Shown: positions 9,236 through 16,831, numbered from the stretch's first letter. The stretch: DNA of 53,895 bases from an uncultured Thermofilaceae archaeon (GCA_964522715.1 CAZFWY010000001.1:1-53895); one strand, 5' to 3'. Made by a program: numbers and translations. Notes: generated by a model not told the origin, from the sequence alone.

Positions 9236-9910
9236 CTAGGCTATCATCATGACTTCTACGCCCTTATTTGTTATTAACACTTCGTGGAACTTCCTGCTGT
9301 GATCGGATCCCCTGAGCTTCATAACTATGAGCTTGATTCTCTGCTCCCCCTTGTAGAAGTACCTCTTAAGAAGTATGACGCCGTCGGCTATTATCTCCTC
9401 CACGCCTACCCCTATCTTCTTAGAACCCATAGACATATTGGCCGTAGCTATAATGGTGGTACCTGGGGGCTTCATCCTGCGGAGGAGGTCTATTATTATC
9501 CTGGCTTCTGCTGGCTCAGGCATGCTTAAAACCAGGGTCGTTATAGAGTCTATGACCGCTATCTCGGCGTTCATCTCACGTATCTTCTGGAGCATAATGT
9601 TCACGTAGTCAGATACCCCCCTTTCCTTTATCGCTATGAAGTCGAGGAGGGCGAGCTTCCCCTCGTTAATGAGGGCCTCTAAGTCCCAGCCAAAGCTCTT
9701 CATATACCTTATGAGCTTCTTACCCTCGTCAAAAGACACGAAAACTGCCTTCCTACCTTGGAGAATATTGTTGTAAACTATCTGGACGCACATGACGGTT
9801 TTACCGACGCCAGCGGGGCCAGCGATTAGAAACAGGGAGTCTTTAGGTATTCCGCCACTGAGAATTTCGTCGAGACCCGGTATACCCGTCTTAATCCTCT
9901 CGATAGTCAT
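9236..9910 (-). CDS. Single-domain KaiC-like / RecA-superfamily ATPase
   Basis: GIPGLDEILSGGIPKDSLFLIAGPAGVGKT (Walker A), IAVIDSITTL (Walker B), and C-terminal MKLRGSDHSRKFHEVLITNKGVEV, typical of archaeal KaiC-like proteins. Confidence 0.85.
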   Translation of the reverse strand: MTIERIKTGIPGLDEILSGGIPKDSLFLIAGPAGVGKTVMCVQIVYNNILQGRKAVFVSFDEGKKLIRYMKSFGWDLEALINEGKLALLDFIAIKERGVSDYVNIMLQKIREMNAEIAVIDSITTLVLSMPEPAEARIIIDLLRRMKPPGTTIIATANMSMGSKKIGVGVEEIIADGVILLKRYFYKGEQRIKLIVMKLRGSDHSRKFHEVLITNKGVEVMMIA

Positions 9911-10038
9911 TACGACCCGCTCTCAATTTAGTGTTAAAGTCTTCCTTATAGCTTTCGCTTTTTCACAGTTATGAATGTAACGTTAACGGCAGTCTTTGGA
10001 CTTAACGCGTAGAGGCGTTGAAAGGCGTACAACATTGC

Positions 10039-10671
10039 TTAAGTGGTTAATTGGGGAGACTGATAGCCCATTAACGAGAAAACTGTTATGACCTCTACGA
10101 TAGCCGCTACGGCTAAGACTGTAGTTATCAGAACGTAATACGTTAAGGCTTCTCTCAAGGCGTTCCTGAGAGCCCTCAACCTGGTCTCCGCGTCATATCT
10201 CTCAGGTCTCAATACGGCTAGGGAGAGGTTGAGGCCCGGTACCATGGCCAGGACGTAGCCTTCTCCCTCCAGTAGTAGCGTTGGCAGAGCTATGTAGTAC
10301 TTCTCGACAGTTACGGGCAGCATAACTCCCCAGAGAATAGCTCTGTACAGAGCTGAGGGGACAGTCATGAAGAAAGCGCCCGAGAGTGTCACCGTGACTA
10401 GAGCCCCTAGGAGGGTGTTGACAGCTAAAGTTACGAGGAAAGCCTCCAAGGGTCTCCTAGAGAAGTAGGCCCGTGCAGCCGTGGAGAGCAGGGGGTCTCT
10501 CTCCAGAGCCGCGCCGAGTATTTTCATCAGTTCCTCGTGTAGCTCCATCGCGTAGAGACCTACGAATACCGATGACGCTGCGAAGGCCCCGAAATATAGG
10601 ATGTTGCAGATAACTATCTTTCTCCAGTCACGCTTGACCATGTAGCTCAGGTAGGCGAGCGTATGCCTCAA
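10039..10671 (-). CDS. Integral membrane protein, possibly SpoIIM/DUF95-like
   Basis: 210 aa with about 5-6 hydrophobic segments. The family assignment is only an impression from length and topology. Confidence 0.35.
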   Translation of the reverse strand: MRHTLAYLSYMVKRDWRKIVICNILYFGAFAASSVFVGLYAMELHEELMKILGAALERDPLLSTAARAYFSRRPLEAFLVTLAVNTLLGALVTVTLSGAFFMTVPSALYRAILWGVMLPVTVEKYYIALPTLLLEGEGYVLAMVPGLNLSLAVLRPERYDAETRLRALRNALREALTYYVLITTVLAVAAIVEVITVFSLMGYQSPQLTT

Positions 10672-10761
10672 GAGGACACCTCAATGCTTAGAAGTCTCAT
10701 CCCTTAAAAAGCTACGGGAACGTTTAAGAGTGCACCGGGGGAGAGAGCCTTGTGAAATCAA

Positions 10762-11400
10762 ATGCCGCTCTACGCCCTCAGACCCAGACGTAACTGGAGG
10801 TGGAACTACGCGGCCCTCTACGTGGCCAGCCACTACAAGGACGAACTCATGGGGGTGTACTACTTCCCCTCTACAGGGCTCTACGCGCCCGTCTTCTCGA
10901 TAAAGGACTTGCCAGGCAGGCACAGGTGGGCATTCGTAGAGATCAGGAAATCCGAGGTAAGCAGAGCATACAAAATGATCTGTGTGGAATGCGGGGCTTG
11001 CTGCGCCAGGAACAGCGGCGCCTATGCCTTCCCCCACGAGTTGACCACTGAGGAGAGAGAATCATTACCGTTCGAGGTCCTGAGTTTGCCGCGGGTAGGC
11101 GACGTACTCGTCTACTGGCTCGACGTTAAAACTGCGGGTATGTGCGCTTTCTACGATGAGAAGAAGAACACCTGCGCGGTAGAGGATAGGAAGCCGATAG
11201 CCTGCCTAGTCCACTACTGCACCCTCTTCGCGGAGAGGAAGGGAGAGGTGTACGTAAAGGTAGCCGTGAAGAAGGACGGGAAGATAGTCTATAGGCGCTC
11301 TACCCGCACGGAGATTAGGAAGATAGCGAAGAGACTGCGGGGGAGAGTTAGAGCGTTCACCGGGAGGATACCCAGAGAGACAGATTTAAGCGCGGGCTAA
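10762..11400 (+). CDS. YkgJ/UPF0153 family Cys-cluster (CxxCxxCC) protein
   Basis: CVECGACCARNSG plus downstream CAFYD...C and CLVHYC match the putative Fe/Zn-chelating CxxCxxCC domain. The true start may be the ATG at 10975 (MICVECG), because the N-terminal 70 aa carry no motif. Confidence 0.6.
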   Translation: MPLYALRPRRNWRWNYAALYVASHYKDELMGVYYFPSTGLYAPVFSIKDLPGRHRWAFVEIRKSEVSRAYKMICVECGACCARNSGAYAFPHELTTEERESLPFEVLSLPRVGDVLVYWLDVKTAGMCAFYDEKKNTCAVEDRKPIACLVHYCTLFAERKGEVYVKVAVKKDGKIVYRRSTRTEIRKIAKRLRGRVRAFTGRIPRETDLSAG

Positions 11401-11465
11401 CCCATCATTAAGTCGGTGATGAGCCACACCCGATACTGACCCTTGATGAAAGGGTAGGTTGCTGA

Positions 11466-11894
11466 TCAAGACTCTGGGAGCCTGATACACGTCTTCTCCC
11501 GCTTAACGAGCAACATAGTGAGCCTATTCAGAACCTCGCGCCCAACCAGGTTCTTCCCGTACCCGTAAAGCGGTGTGTACGCTTTAACCTTGAGCGTAAA
11601 ACCAGCTATCCTCACCTTGGTGATAGCAGCCCTAAGCTGGACAGACCCCGCCAGAGTCCTAGCTACGGGTACAGCGCGTAAGGGTAGCTCGACTATCTGC
11701 AGACCCAGGTCTTCGTAGAAGCGCTTTTCGAGGAAAATGTCGCCGCGGAAACCTGTGTCCACGAGGAACTCCGCCTTGTGCCATGTGTTATTCAGAGGAG
11801 AATATACTTGGGCTAGAACCCGGTAATAATCGCTGTACCTATAGCATTTCCAGCGAGCTGCCGAGGATTTCAACCCTTTCTGCCTCCTCCCCAA
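11466..11894 (-). CDS. Retropepsin-like (clan AA) single-lobe aspartic protease
   Basis: AEFLVDTGFRGDIFL (catalytic D-T-G) preceded by beta strand RVLAQVYSPLNN. C-terminal NLVGREVLNRLTMLL resembles the hhG[RK][DE]hL motif. No ATG in frame; candidate TTG starts at 11894 and 11873. Confidence 0.65.
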   Translation of the reverse strand: MGRRQKGLKSSAARWKCYRYSDYYRVLAQVYSPLNNTWHKAEFLVDTGFRGDIFLEKRFYEDLGLQIVELPLRAVPVARTLAGSVQLRAAITKVRIAGFTLKVKAYTPLYGYGKNLVGREVLNRLTMLLVKREKTCIRLPES

Positions 11895-12228
11895 CCCTAG
11901 CCACTATCCCGTGTGCAACCTTCTCCCGCCTGACGAACTCCCTCATACGCTCCACGGCTTTCTCCCAGGTATCCGTCACCGCGATCAGATGGCCGCGGGA
12001 AATAGCAACCCACTTACCCTTGTACCGGGGATCTCCCAGTAGGGACTCGTACACCCTGTTGTTCGCCTCCTCCTCGGTCTCCACGGCCAAGCTGTCCTGT
12101 AGGTTCGCGTAGAGAGACAAGGCCTCGTTTATTACCCTGTAAACTGGCACACCCCTCTTAGCCGCTATGGCTTTAATCGCCCTGTAAGCCTCAACGTCTA
12201 AGTTCTTTATGAAAAAGCCCTTCTTCAT
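11839..12228 (-). CDS. Ribbon-helix-helix (FitA/VapB-like) plus DUF5678-like domain protein
   Basis: N-terminus FFIKNLDVEAYRAIKAIAAKRGVPVYRVINEAL fits the RHH antitoxin-type pattern. C-terminal YKGKWVAISRGHLIAVTDTWEKAVERMREF fits the recalled DUF5678 pattern. Overlaps the protease ORF by 56 nt. Confidence 0.55.
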   Translation of the reverse strand: MKKGFFIKNLDVEAYRAIKAIAAKRGVPVYRVINEALSLYANLQDSLAVETEEEANNRVYESLLGDPRYKGKWVAISRGHLIAVTDTWEKAVERMREFVRREKVAHGIVARVGEEAERVEILGSSLEML

Positions 12229-12231
12229 CTC

Positions 12232-12268
12232 AATATACCAAAGATATACTAGGATATAAAAATATACC
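12232..12268 (-). promoter_or_regulatory. Iterated ATATAC(C) motifs flanking a TATA-like box directly upstream of the RHH gene
   Basis: AATATACC at 12232-12239 and 12261-12268, ATATACT at 12244-12250. On the minus strand TTTTTATAT lies about 27-34 nt upstream of the ATG at 12228. Confidence 0.3.
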
Positions 12269-12329
12269 TCTAACCTTCTAGCGATGAAAGCCTCTGTAAC
12301 GATCTATCAATTATACATAGAAAATAAAG

Positions 12330-12336
12330 AAAAAAA
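12330..12336 (-). terminator. Oligo-T (T7) tract downstream of fbp
   Basis: The A7 run on the plus strand is T7 on the minus strand, 23-29 nt past the fbp stop codon. Archaeal termination typically uses oligo-T tracts. Confidence 0.45.
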
Positions 12337-12358
12337 GTTTTATAAAATTGATAAGGCC

Positions 12359-13462
12359 TTAATCCTCTATCTTCTCAAATCTATCCTTTAACTTTTCTAA
12401 GACGCCAGGAAGAGTAGTATACTCCATTTCCTCTGGTCCGAGCCTATGCGGCATGAATGGGCCGTGTCTGCGTAGGTAGTCGGTTATCTCCATGGCTATG
12501 CGTCTGCTGTAGTCGAAGGCTGGGTCGTCGAATAGGTCGTTAGGGCCTTCTAGTATGCCGTCGTGCAGCTGGAATCCTAGACCTATTACTCTCGGCGGCC
12601 CGTCGAACCTGGTACACTTGGCGTATTTTAGGGGTACGGGCATTAGGGGCCCGTGGTGCGAGCCTCTCATCCACCCGGCCACTGCGTGTGGGAATGCGAA
12701 TGCCTCCAGGATTTCTCCTACCGCTGGTAGTCCGTGCTGTGCCCTGATTATGAGTACTGGGTCATCTTTACCGACGTACCTGCCGGCTATTAGGCTTAGC
12801 CTGGTTACGCTGGCGGCTGCGGCTGGTAACATGTCTTTCTTCCTGTAGACTTTCCTTATGACGTACCTGCTGGGCGTGCCTATTAGGGCTAGGATGTCGT
12901 ATAGTTCCTCGGGGGCGCTCATTTTGACTACTTTGTGCTCTATTACGTCCATTATTTCGAATACGAAGCCGTCGTGCATGCTGGGGTCGATTACTAGGCC
13001 GGCGGTGTTGAAGGGGTCGGCGAATATCTTGTATAGTTTGAAGTTCCAGGCTCCGGGCTCGGTTTTGTCGGCCGCGAACACTAGTATTGGCTCGCTCTTC
13101 CTCTCCTCTATCTCCATCTCGGCTACGCCGGGCCCCATACCCCTAACGTTCCCGGAGAATGTGTCGCTTAGGAGGTCTTGCCCGGCTCCGTAGAGCTTCA
13201 GGGGTTTGCTGACCTTCTCGGTTATCTCGACAAAGGTGTCCCAGGCCAGCTTGTGTATTTCGGGATTGTTCTCGCCCTTAGTGTGAGTCATGAGTAGCTG
13301 TACGTCGTCTCCCACGTGGAACACGTAGAAGTCTATTAAGAGCCCGGTCTCCTTAGCCTCCTGCAACTTCTTCTTGGCGTACTCCAGCTGTTTGGGGTGT
13401 ACGGTGCTGTGTCCAACCCATCCACCAATATCCGCTTTGATTAGGCTTACAGTGACTTTCAC
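12359..13462 (-). CDS. fbp: Fructose-1,6-bisphosphate aldolase/phosphatase (class V FBPase)
   Basis: KVTVSLIKADIGGWVGHSTVHP is the family N-terminal signature, which normally starts 3-4 residues after Met. GTG at 13462 is preceded by GGTGAG. The track start 13588 adds 42 motif-less residues. Confidence 0.85.
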   Translation of the reverse strand: MKVTVSLIKADIGGWVGHSTVHPKQLEYAKKKLQEAKETGLLIDFYVFHVGDDVQLLMTHTKGENNPEIHKLAWDTFVEITEKVSKPLKLYGAGQDLLSDTFSGNVRGMGPGVAEMEIEERKSEPILVFAADKTEPGAWNFKLYKIFADPFNTAGLVIDPSMHDGFVFEIMDVIEHKVVKMSAPEELYDILALIGTPSRYVIRKVYRKKDMLPAAAASVTRLSLIAGRYVGKDDPVLIIRAQHGLPAVGEILEAFAFPHAVAGWMRGSHHGPLMPVPLKYAKCTRFDGPPRVIGLGFQLHDGILEGPNDLFDDPAFDYSRRIAMEITDYLRRHGPFMPHRLGPEEMEYTTLPGVLEKLKDRFEKIED

Positions 13463-13490
13463 CTTCTCACCGGGCGCCAACCTATAATCG

Positions 13491-13500
13491 AGGTATATAA
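13491..13500. promoter_or_regulatory. Palindromic TATA-like element (GGTATATAAC) shared by divergent fbp and radical-SAM genes
   Basis: TTATATA on the minus strand is centred about 34 nt upstream of the proposed fbp GTG. TATATAA on the plus strand faces the radical SAM gene. Confidence 0.3.
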
Positions 13501-13515
13501 CGGCTCCTAACCTCT

Positions 13516-13578
13516 GTAGTACCCTTAGGTAGTAGCATGGCGCTAACCGTATGGAGAGAAATAAGTAGTACCGTAGTG
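13516..13578. repeat. Four direct copies of GTAGT(A/G) in the fbp / radical-SAM divergent intergenic region
   Basis: GTAGTACC at 13516-13523 and 13565-13572, GTAGTA at 13529-13534, GTAGTG at 13573-13578. Confidence 0.5.
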
Positions 13579-13587
13579 TAGCTTCCA

Positions 13588-14751
13588 TTGAGGGAAATGT
13601 GGAGGTTGATGTTTTACAGCCGCAGGGCTTGGGTTAGGGAGAAGGAGTGTAGGGTTTGTGGGAGGAAGTCCCGCGTGATATCCGAGAGCGTGGGCGTGTG
13701 CGCTGAGTGCCTGAGGGATGACCCCCGGAATGCCGAGATAGCCCTGGAGACTCACAGGGAGACTAGGGCTAAGTTCTCGCTCCCACCTGAACCCCCGAGA
13801 GACCCTAAGGGAGTGCTGTGCGGTCTCTGCGCCTTGGACTGCCGCATACCTGAGGGAGGTAAGGGGTTCTGCGGCTTGGTGGAGAACAGGGAGGGCAGGC
13901 TCGTTAGGCTGGCCGGGACTCCGGATAGGGGTGTGTTAGAGTGGTACTACGACCCTCTCCCGACGAACTGCGTGGCTGAGTGGTTCTGCCCGGGGTGTAC
14001 GGGGCTAGGCTACCCCAAGTACGCGTTGTCCCGTGGGGGTGAGTACGGGTACCAGAACTTGGCGGTCTTCTACGGCGCCTGCAACCTCGACTGTCTCTTC
14101 TGCCAGAACTGGCATTACAGGTCTCTAGCCGCGAAGGTAAGCCCCGTTATGAGCGCCGAGGAACTCGCCTCGAAGGCCCACTCCAGAGTTACCTGTATAT
14201 GTTTCTTTGGCGGCGACCCCTCCCCGCAGGCACCCCACGCCATAGCCACGTCTAAAATAGCCCTAGGGAGGGCTGGGGATAGGATACTGAGGATTTGTTG
14301 GGAGTCGAACGGGCAGTGGAAAGCCCCACTACTCAGGAAGGCCGCCGAACTCTCCCTGAGGAGCGGCGGTATAGTGAAGTTTGACTTGAAGGCTTGGAGC
14401 CCCGGGATATACAAGGCTTTGACGGGTATAGACGTCGGGCCCCTATACGAGAACGTTAAACTGGTCGCCGAGATGATGGACGAGAGGCCTGAGGTGCCCC
14501 TCGTGACAGCTAGCACCCTCTTAGTGCCTGGCTACGTTGACGAGGAGGAGGTGAGGATGATAGCATCCTTCCTAGCGTCGCTAAACCCCGACATACCTTA
14601 TACCCTGCTCGCCTTCCACCCCGACTACGTGATGTACGACCTACCGCCCACCAGTAAGAAACACGCAGAGGCGGCGGTTAAGGCCGCGAGAGAGGAGGGG
14701 CTTACGAACATAAGTATAGGGAACGCTTGGCTCCTCTCTAACTACTATTAA
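13588..14751 (+). CDS. Radical SAM protein, pyruvate-formate-lyase-activase-like, with N-terminal Zn-ribbon
   Basis: GACNLDCLFCQNWHY (CxxxCxxC). N-terminal CRVCGRKS...CAEC. Alternative ATG starts at 13597 and 13609. Confidence 0.65.
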   Translation: MREMWRLMFYSRRAWVREKECRVCGRKSRVISESVGVCAECLRDDPRNAEIALETHRETRAKFSLPPEPPRDPKGVLCGLCALDCRIPEGGKGFCGLVENREGRLVRLAGTPDRGVLEWYYDPLPTNCVAEWFCPGCTGLGYPKYALSRGGEYGYQNLAVFYGACNLDCLFCQNWHYRSLAAKVSPVMSAEELASKAHSRVTCICFFGGDPSPQAPHAIATSKIALGRAGDRILRICWESNGQWKAPLLRKAAELSLRSGGIVKFDLKAWSPGIYKALTGIDVGPLYENVKLVAEMMDERPEVPLVTASTLLVPGYVDEEEVRMIASFLASLNPDIPYTLLAFHPDYVMYDLPPTSKKHAEAAVKAAREEGLTNISIGNAWLLSNYY

Positions 14752-14815
14752 AACTGGAAAACCTTTAGATACTACCGGTCCGTATATTTCTCGATTTGAC
14801 AACTGGTGGTGCCTC

Positions 14816-15577
14816 GTGGAGAAAGAACTAATCAGCTGGCTGGAGGAGTTAAACCTGACCCGGCGGGAGGCCGAGATACTCGCCCTTCTCCTGGTTAGGG
14901 GTAAAGCCACGGTGGGAGAGATCTCTGAGGCTTTGAACATAGCTAGGCCCCACGTGTATACTACCCTCAAATCCCTGTGGATGAGGGGATACGTGGCTAA
15001 GTCTGAGAGGAGGCCCGCGTTTTACACCGCTGAGCCCTCCCTTGAGATTCTGAGGGAGAAGATAGAGGAGAAGGCTAGGCGCAACGAGAGGATGCTCAAA
15101 TTAATAGAGGGGCTCGCCTCCAAGGCCAGCGTACCCAAGGGTGTAGTGCTCGTCGAGGGGAGTAGCGCCTTCTTAACTCAGCTGGGCCAGGCTATAGATA
15201 GGGCTAGGATCTACCTCTGGATAGCTGCCCCCAGGTTCTCTATCTTAGGGCCCTCCTCCGAGCGCAAGATATTCAACGCTAGGAACCGGAACTGCGACGT
15301 ACGCGTGGCCACGGGGGACTTCGCATTCTTCCGTAAGTACCCCGCCGCGCCCTCCTTTGTCAGGTACATAGAGCCGCCGCCGCCCTTCATACTCTGCGTG
15401 GCTGACGGAGAAGCTTTCTTCGCCCCCACCTTCCAGGACTTCGTCTCCTGGGGGCTTGTGATACGGGAGGATACTATAGTGAGGCAGTACAAAGCCTACT
15501 TCGAGCACATATGGGTTGAAGACTACATAAGAACCCTGTACAAAGTGAGGGTGAGATACCCGAGAGAGGAGTACTAG
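14816..15577 (+). CDS. TrmB-family transcriptional regulator
   Basis: N-terminal LNLTRREAEILALLLVRGKATVGEISEALNIARPHVYTTLKSLWMRGYV is the TrmB winged-HTH. The C-terminal ~130 aa form a TrmB-type effector-like domain. Confidence 0.75.
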   Translation: MEKELISWLEELNLTRREAEILALLLVRGKATVGEISEALNIARPHVYTTLKSLWMRGYVAKSERRPAFYTAEPSLEILREKIEEKARRNERMLKLIEGLASKASVPKGVVLVEGSSAFLTQLGQAIDRARIYLWIAAPRFSILGPSSERKIFNARNRNCDVRVATGDFAFFRKYPAAPSFVRYIEPPPPFILCVADGEAFFAPTFQDFVSWGLVIREDTIVRQYKAYFEHIWVEDYIRTLYKVRVRYPREEY

Positions 15578-15645
15578 GCCTGGGCTTCACCAGGAATTTT
15601 ACGGTCACCAGTCACCTCATAACCCCCCGAGCATCAGCCCAGGCC
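15577..15645. repeat. Perfect 10-bp inverted repeat (GGCCTGGGCT / AGCCCAGGCC) with a 49-nt spacer between convergent genes
   Basis: Arms at 15577-15586 and 15636-15645. The spacer contains TCACCAG twice plus TCACC. Confidence 0.6.
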
Positions 15646-15748
15646 GTACCCAGTCCTTATACACATGAGGGTTCTTAAGCCTTCCCCGGGCGGTAGTCTA
15701 GGCTAAACTACCCGTTAGGTGGGCCTCAACCGAGAGATTGGAGAACGG

Positions 15749-16507
15749 CTACACGTAGTACCCGGGCTTTCTCTCCTCTTCCTTCCTCCTCTCAAGCATC
15801 TCTTTGAGTTTCTCCAGCTCCTTCTCCCTCCTCTTTATCTCCTCTATGACCATGTCCAGGTTCTCGAGGTCTACGTTGAGCCCGAATATCTTATTTAGGG
15901 CCTTGACGACCTCCCTACCAGCCTCAGGGTCTGGCCTGTGCTGCTTTGTAGAGCCCATCAGGACATAGCTCTTCATCCCTCTCAGCCTGGCTAGTCCTGG
16001 TAGTAGTCCGCAGGCACCCGTTATAGTCCCACCCTCGCTGGGCCTGAATCCGAGCTCGTTGAGCCACTTCCTAGTGTCCTCCTTGTCAGCTACGAAGAAC
16101 ACCTCTTTGACTCCCTCCTCCCCGGCCGTGGTGCCACAAACCGCCACTACCTCTACTCCTCCCCTCTCCGCGAAGAAGTCGAGGACTTTAATCGCCACCT
16201 CGTACTGCCCCCAACTCACGGGCTGGACGTCCCCCGTGAGGAATAGGAGGTCTCTCTCCTCGCCTTTATAAAGGTAGAAGTCGTAGTGTGGGAGCCTCAT
16301 CAACGCGTCCTCAGTTATCAGCAGCCCGGCGTTACCTATAGGTAGTAGTAGATGTTCGGAGTAAAGCTCAGCTACCTTCTTAAGCTTCAACTCCTGTATC
16401 ACGTAGTCCACGGCTATTTTACCTACGAAGCCTATGCCTGGGAGACCCTGCACTAAGACTCCCTGTCTTAACGTGAAGGGTTCAATCTCAACTATCCACG
16501 TATGCAT
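15749..16507 (-). CDS. PAC2-family proteasome assembly chaperone-like protein (PbaA/PbaB type)
   Basis: LVQGLPGIGFVGKIAVDYVIQEL is the PAC2/COG1938 signature. Coiled-coil C-terminus ending in ...GYYV with a penultimate Tyr (HbYX-like). Confidence 0.7.
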   Translation of the reverse strand: MHTWIVEIEPFTLRQGVLVQGLPGIGFVGKIAVDYVIQELKLKKVAELYSEHLLLPIGNAGLLITEDALMRLPHYDFYLYKGEERDLLFLTGDVQPVSWGQYEVAIKVLDFFAERGGVEVVAVCGTTAGEEGVKEVFFVADKEDTRKWLNELGFRPSEGGTITGACGLLPGLARLRGMKSYVLMGSTKQHRPDPEAGREVVKALNKIFGLNVDLENLDMVIEEIKRREKELEKLKEMLERRKEEERKPGYYV

Positions 16508-16646
16508 CTACACCCTCCCGCCACCAAGCCTAACCTCGCTACATCACACACCCTTTTAAGCATCTCCTCTCCCCCGAAGAAACTATAGAACTTTACGTTC
16601 TGTCAATGATGTCAAAATAGATATGGGGAGTGTAAGAGTGTGTACT

Positions 16647-16702
16647 GGGGATGAAGACCTCTCGCTCCCCGAGCGGTGAAGAGTACCGAACCGACTGACC
16701 CT
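16647..16702 (+). ncRNA. Candidate C/D-box sRNA
   Basis: GGGG-ATGAAGA(C)-11 nt-CCGA(D')-GCG-GTGAAGA(C')-12 nt-CTGA(D)-CCCT. Box spacing is canonical and the terminal GGG/CCC can pair. An AT-rich AAAATAGATA lies about 30 nt upstream. Both C boxes have A instead of U at position 5. Confidence 0.4.
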
Positions 16703-16831
16703 ACCCATCGATGCGGCTTAAAGAAGCTGTACAGAGAGGTTCCCCAAGCCTAAGGAAATTAGACCGGTATTATAGAACGACTAATAATGGGTTATTGTCT
16801 AAATATGTACATATCTTTATGAGAAAGTAAT

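Noticed and set aside
10681-11051. ORFs 10681..11037 (-) and 10800..11051 (+) overlapping the 5' part of the YkgJ-like gene
   Set aside because: They have no motifs and an Arg/Gly/Pro-rich shadow-type composition. They do show that the 5' 200 nt of the 10762 ORF is not strongly constrained, so the YkgJ start may be at 10975.
11839-11894. Programmed ribosomal frameshift fusing the RHH/DUF5678 ORF to the protease (gag-pro analogy)
   Set aside because: The protease frame is +1 relative to the upstream frame, and I see no X XXY YYZ slippery heptamer or obvious downstream pseudoknot in the 56-nt overlap. Independent or coupled initiation at TTG is the simpler reading. This is still worth testing experimentally.
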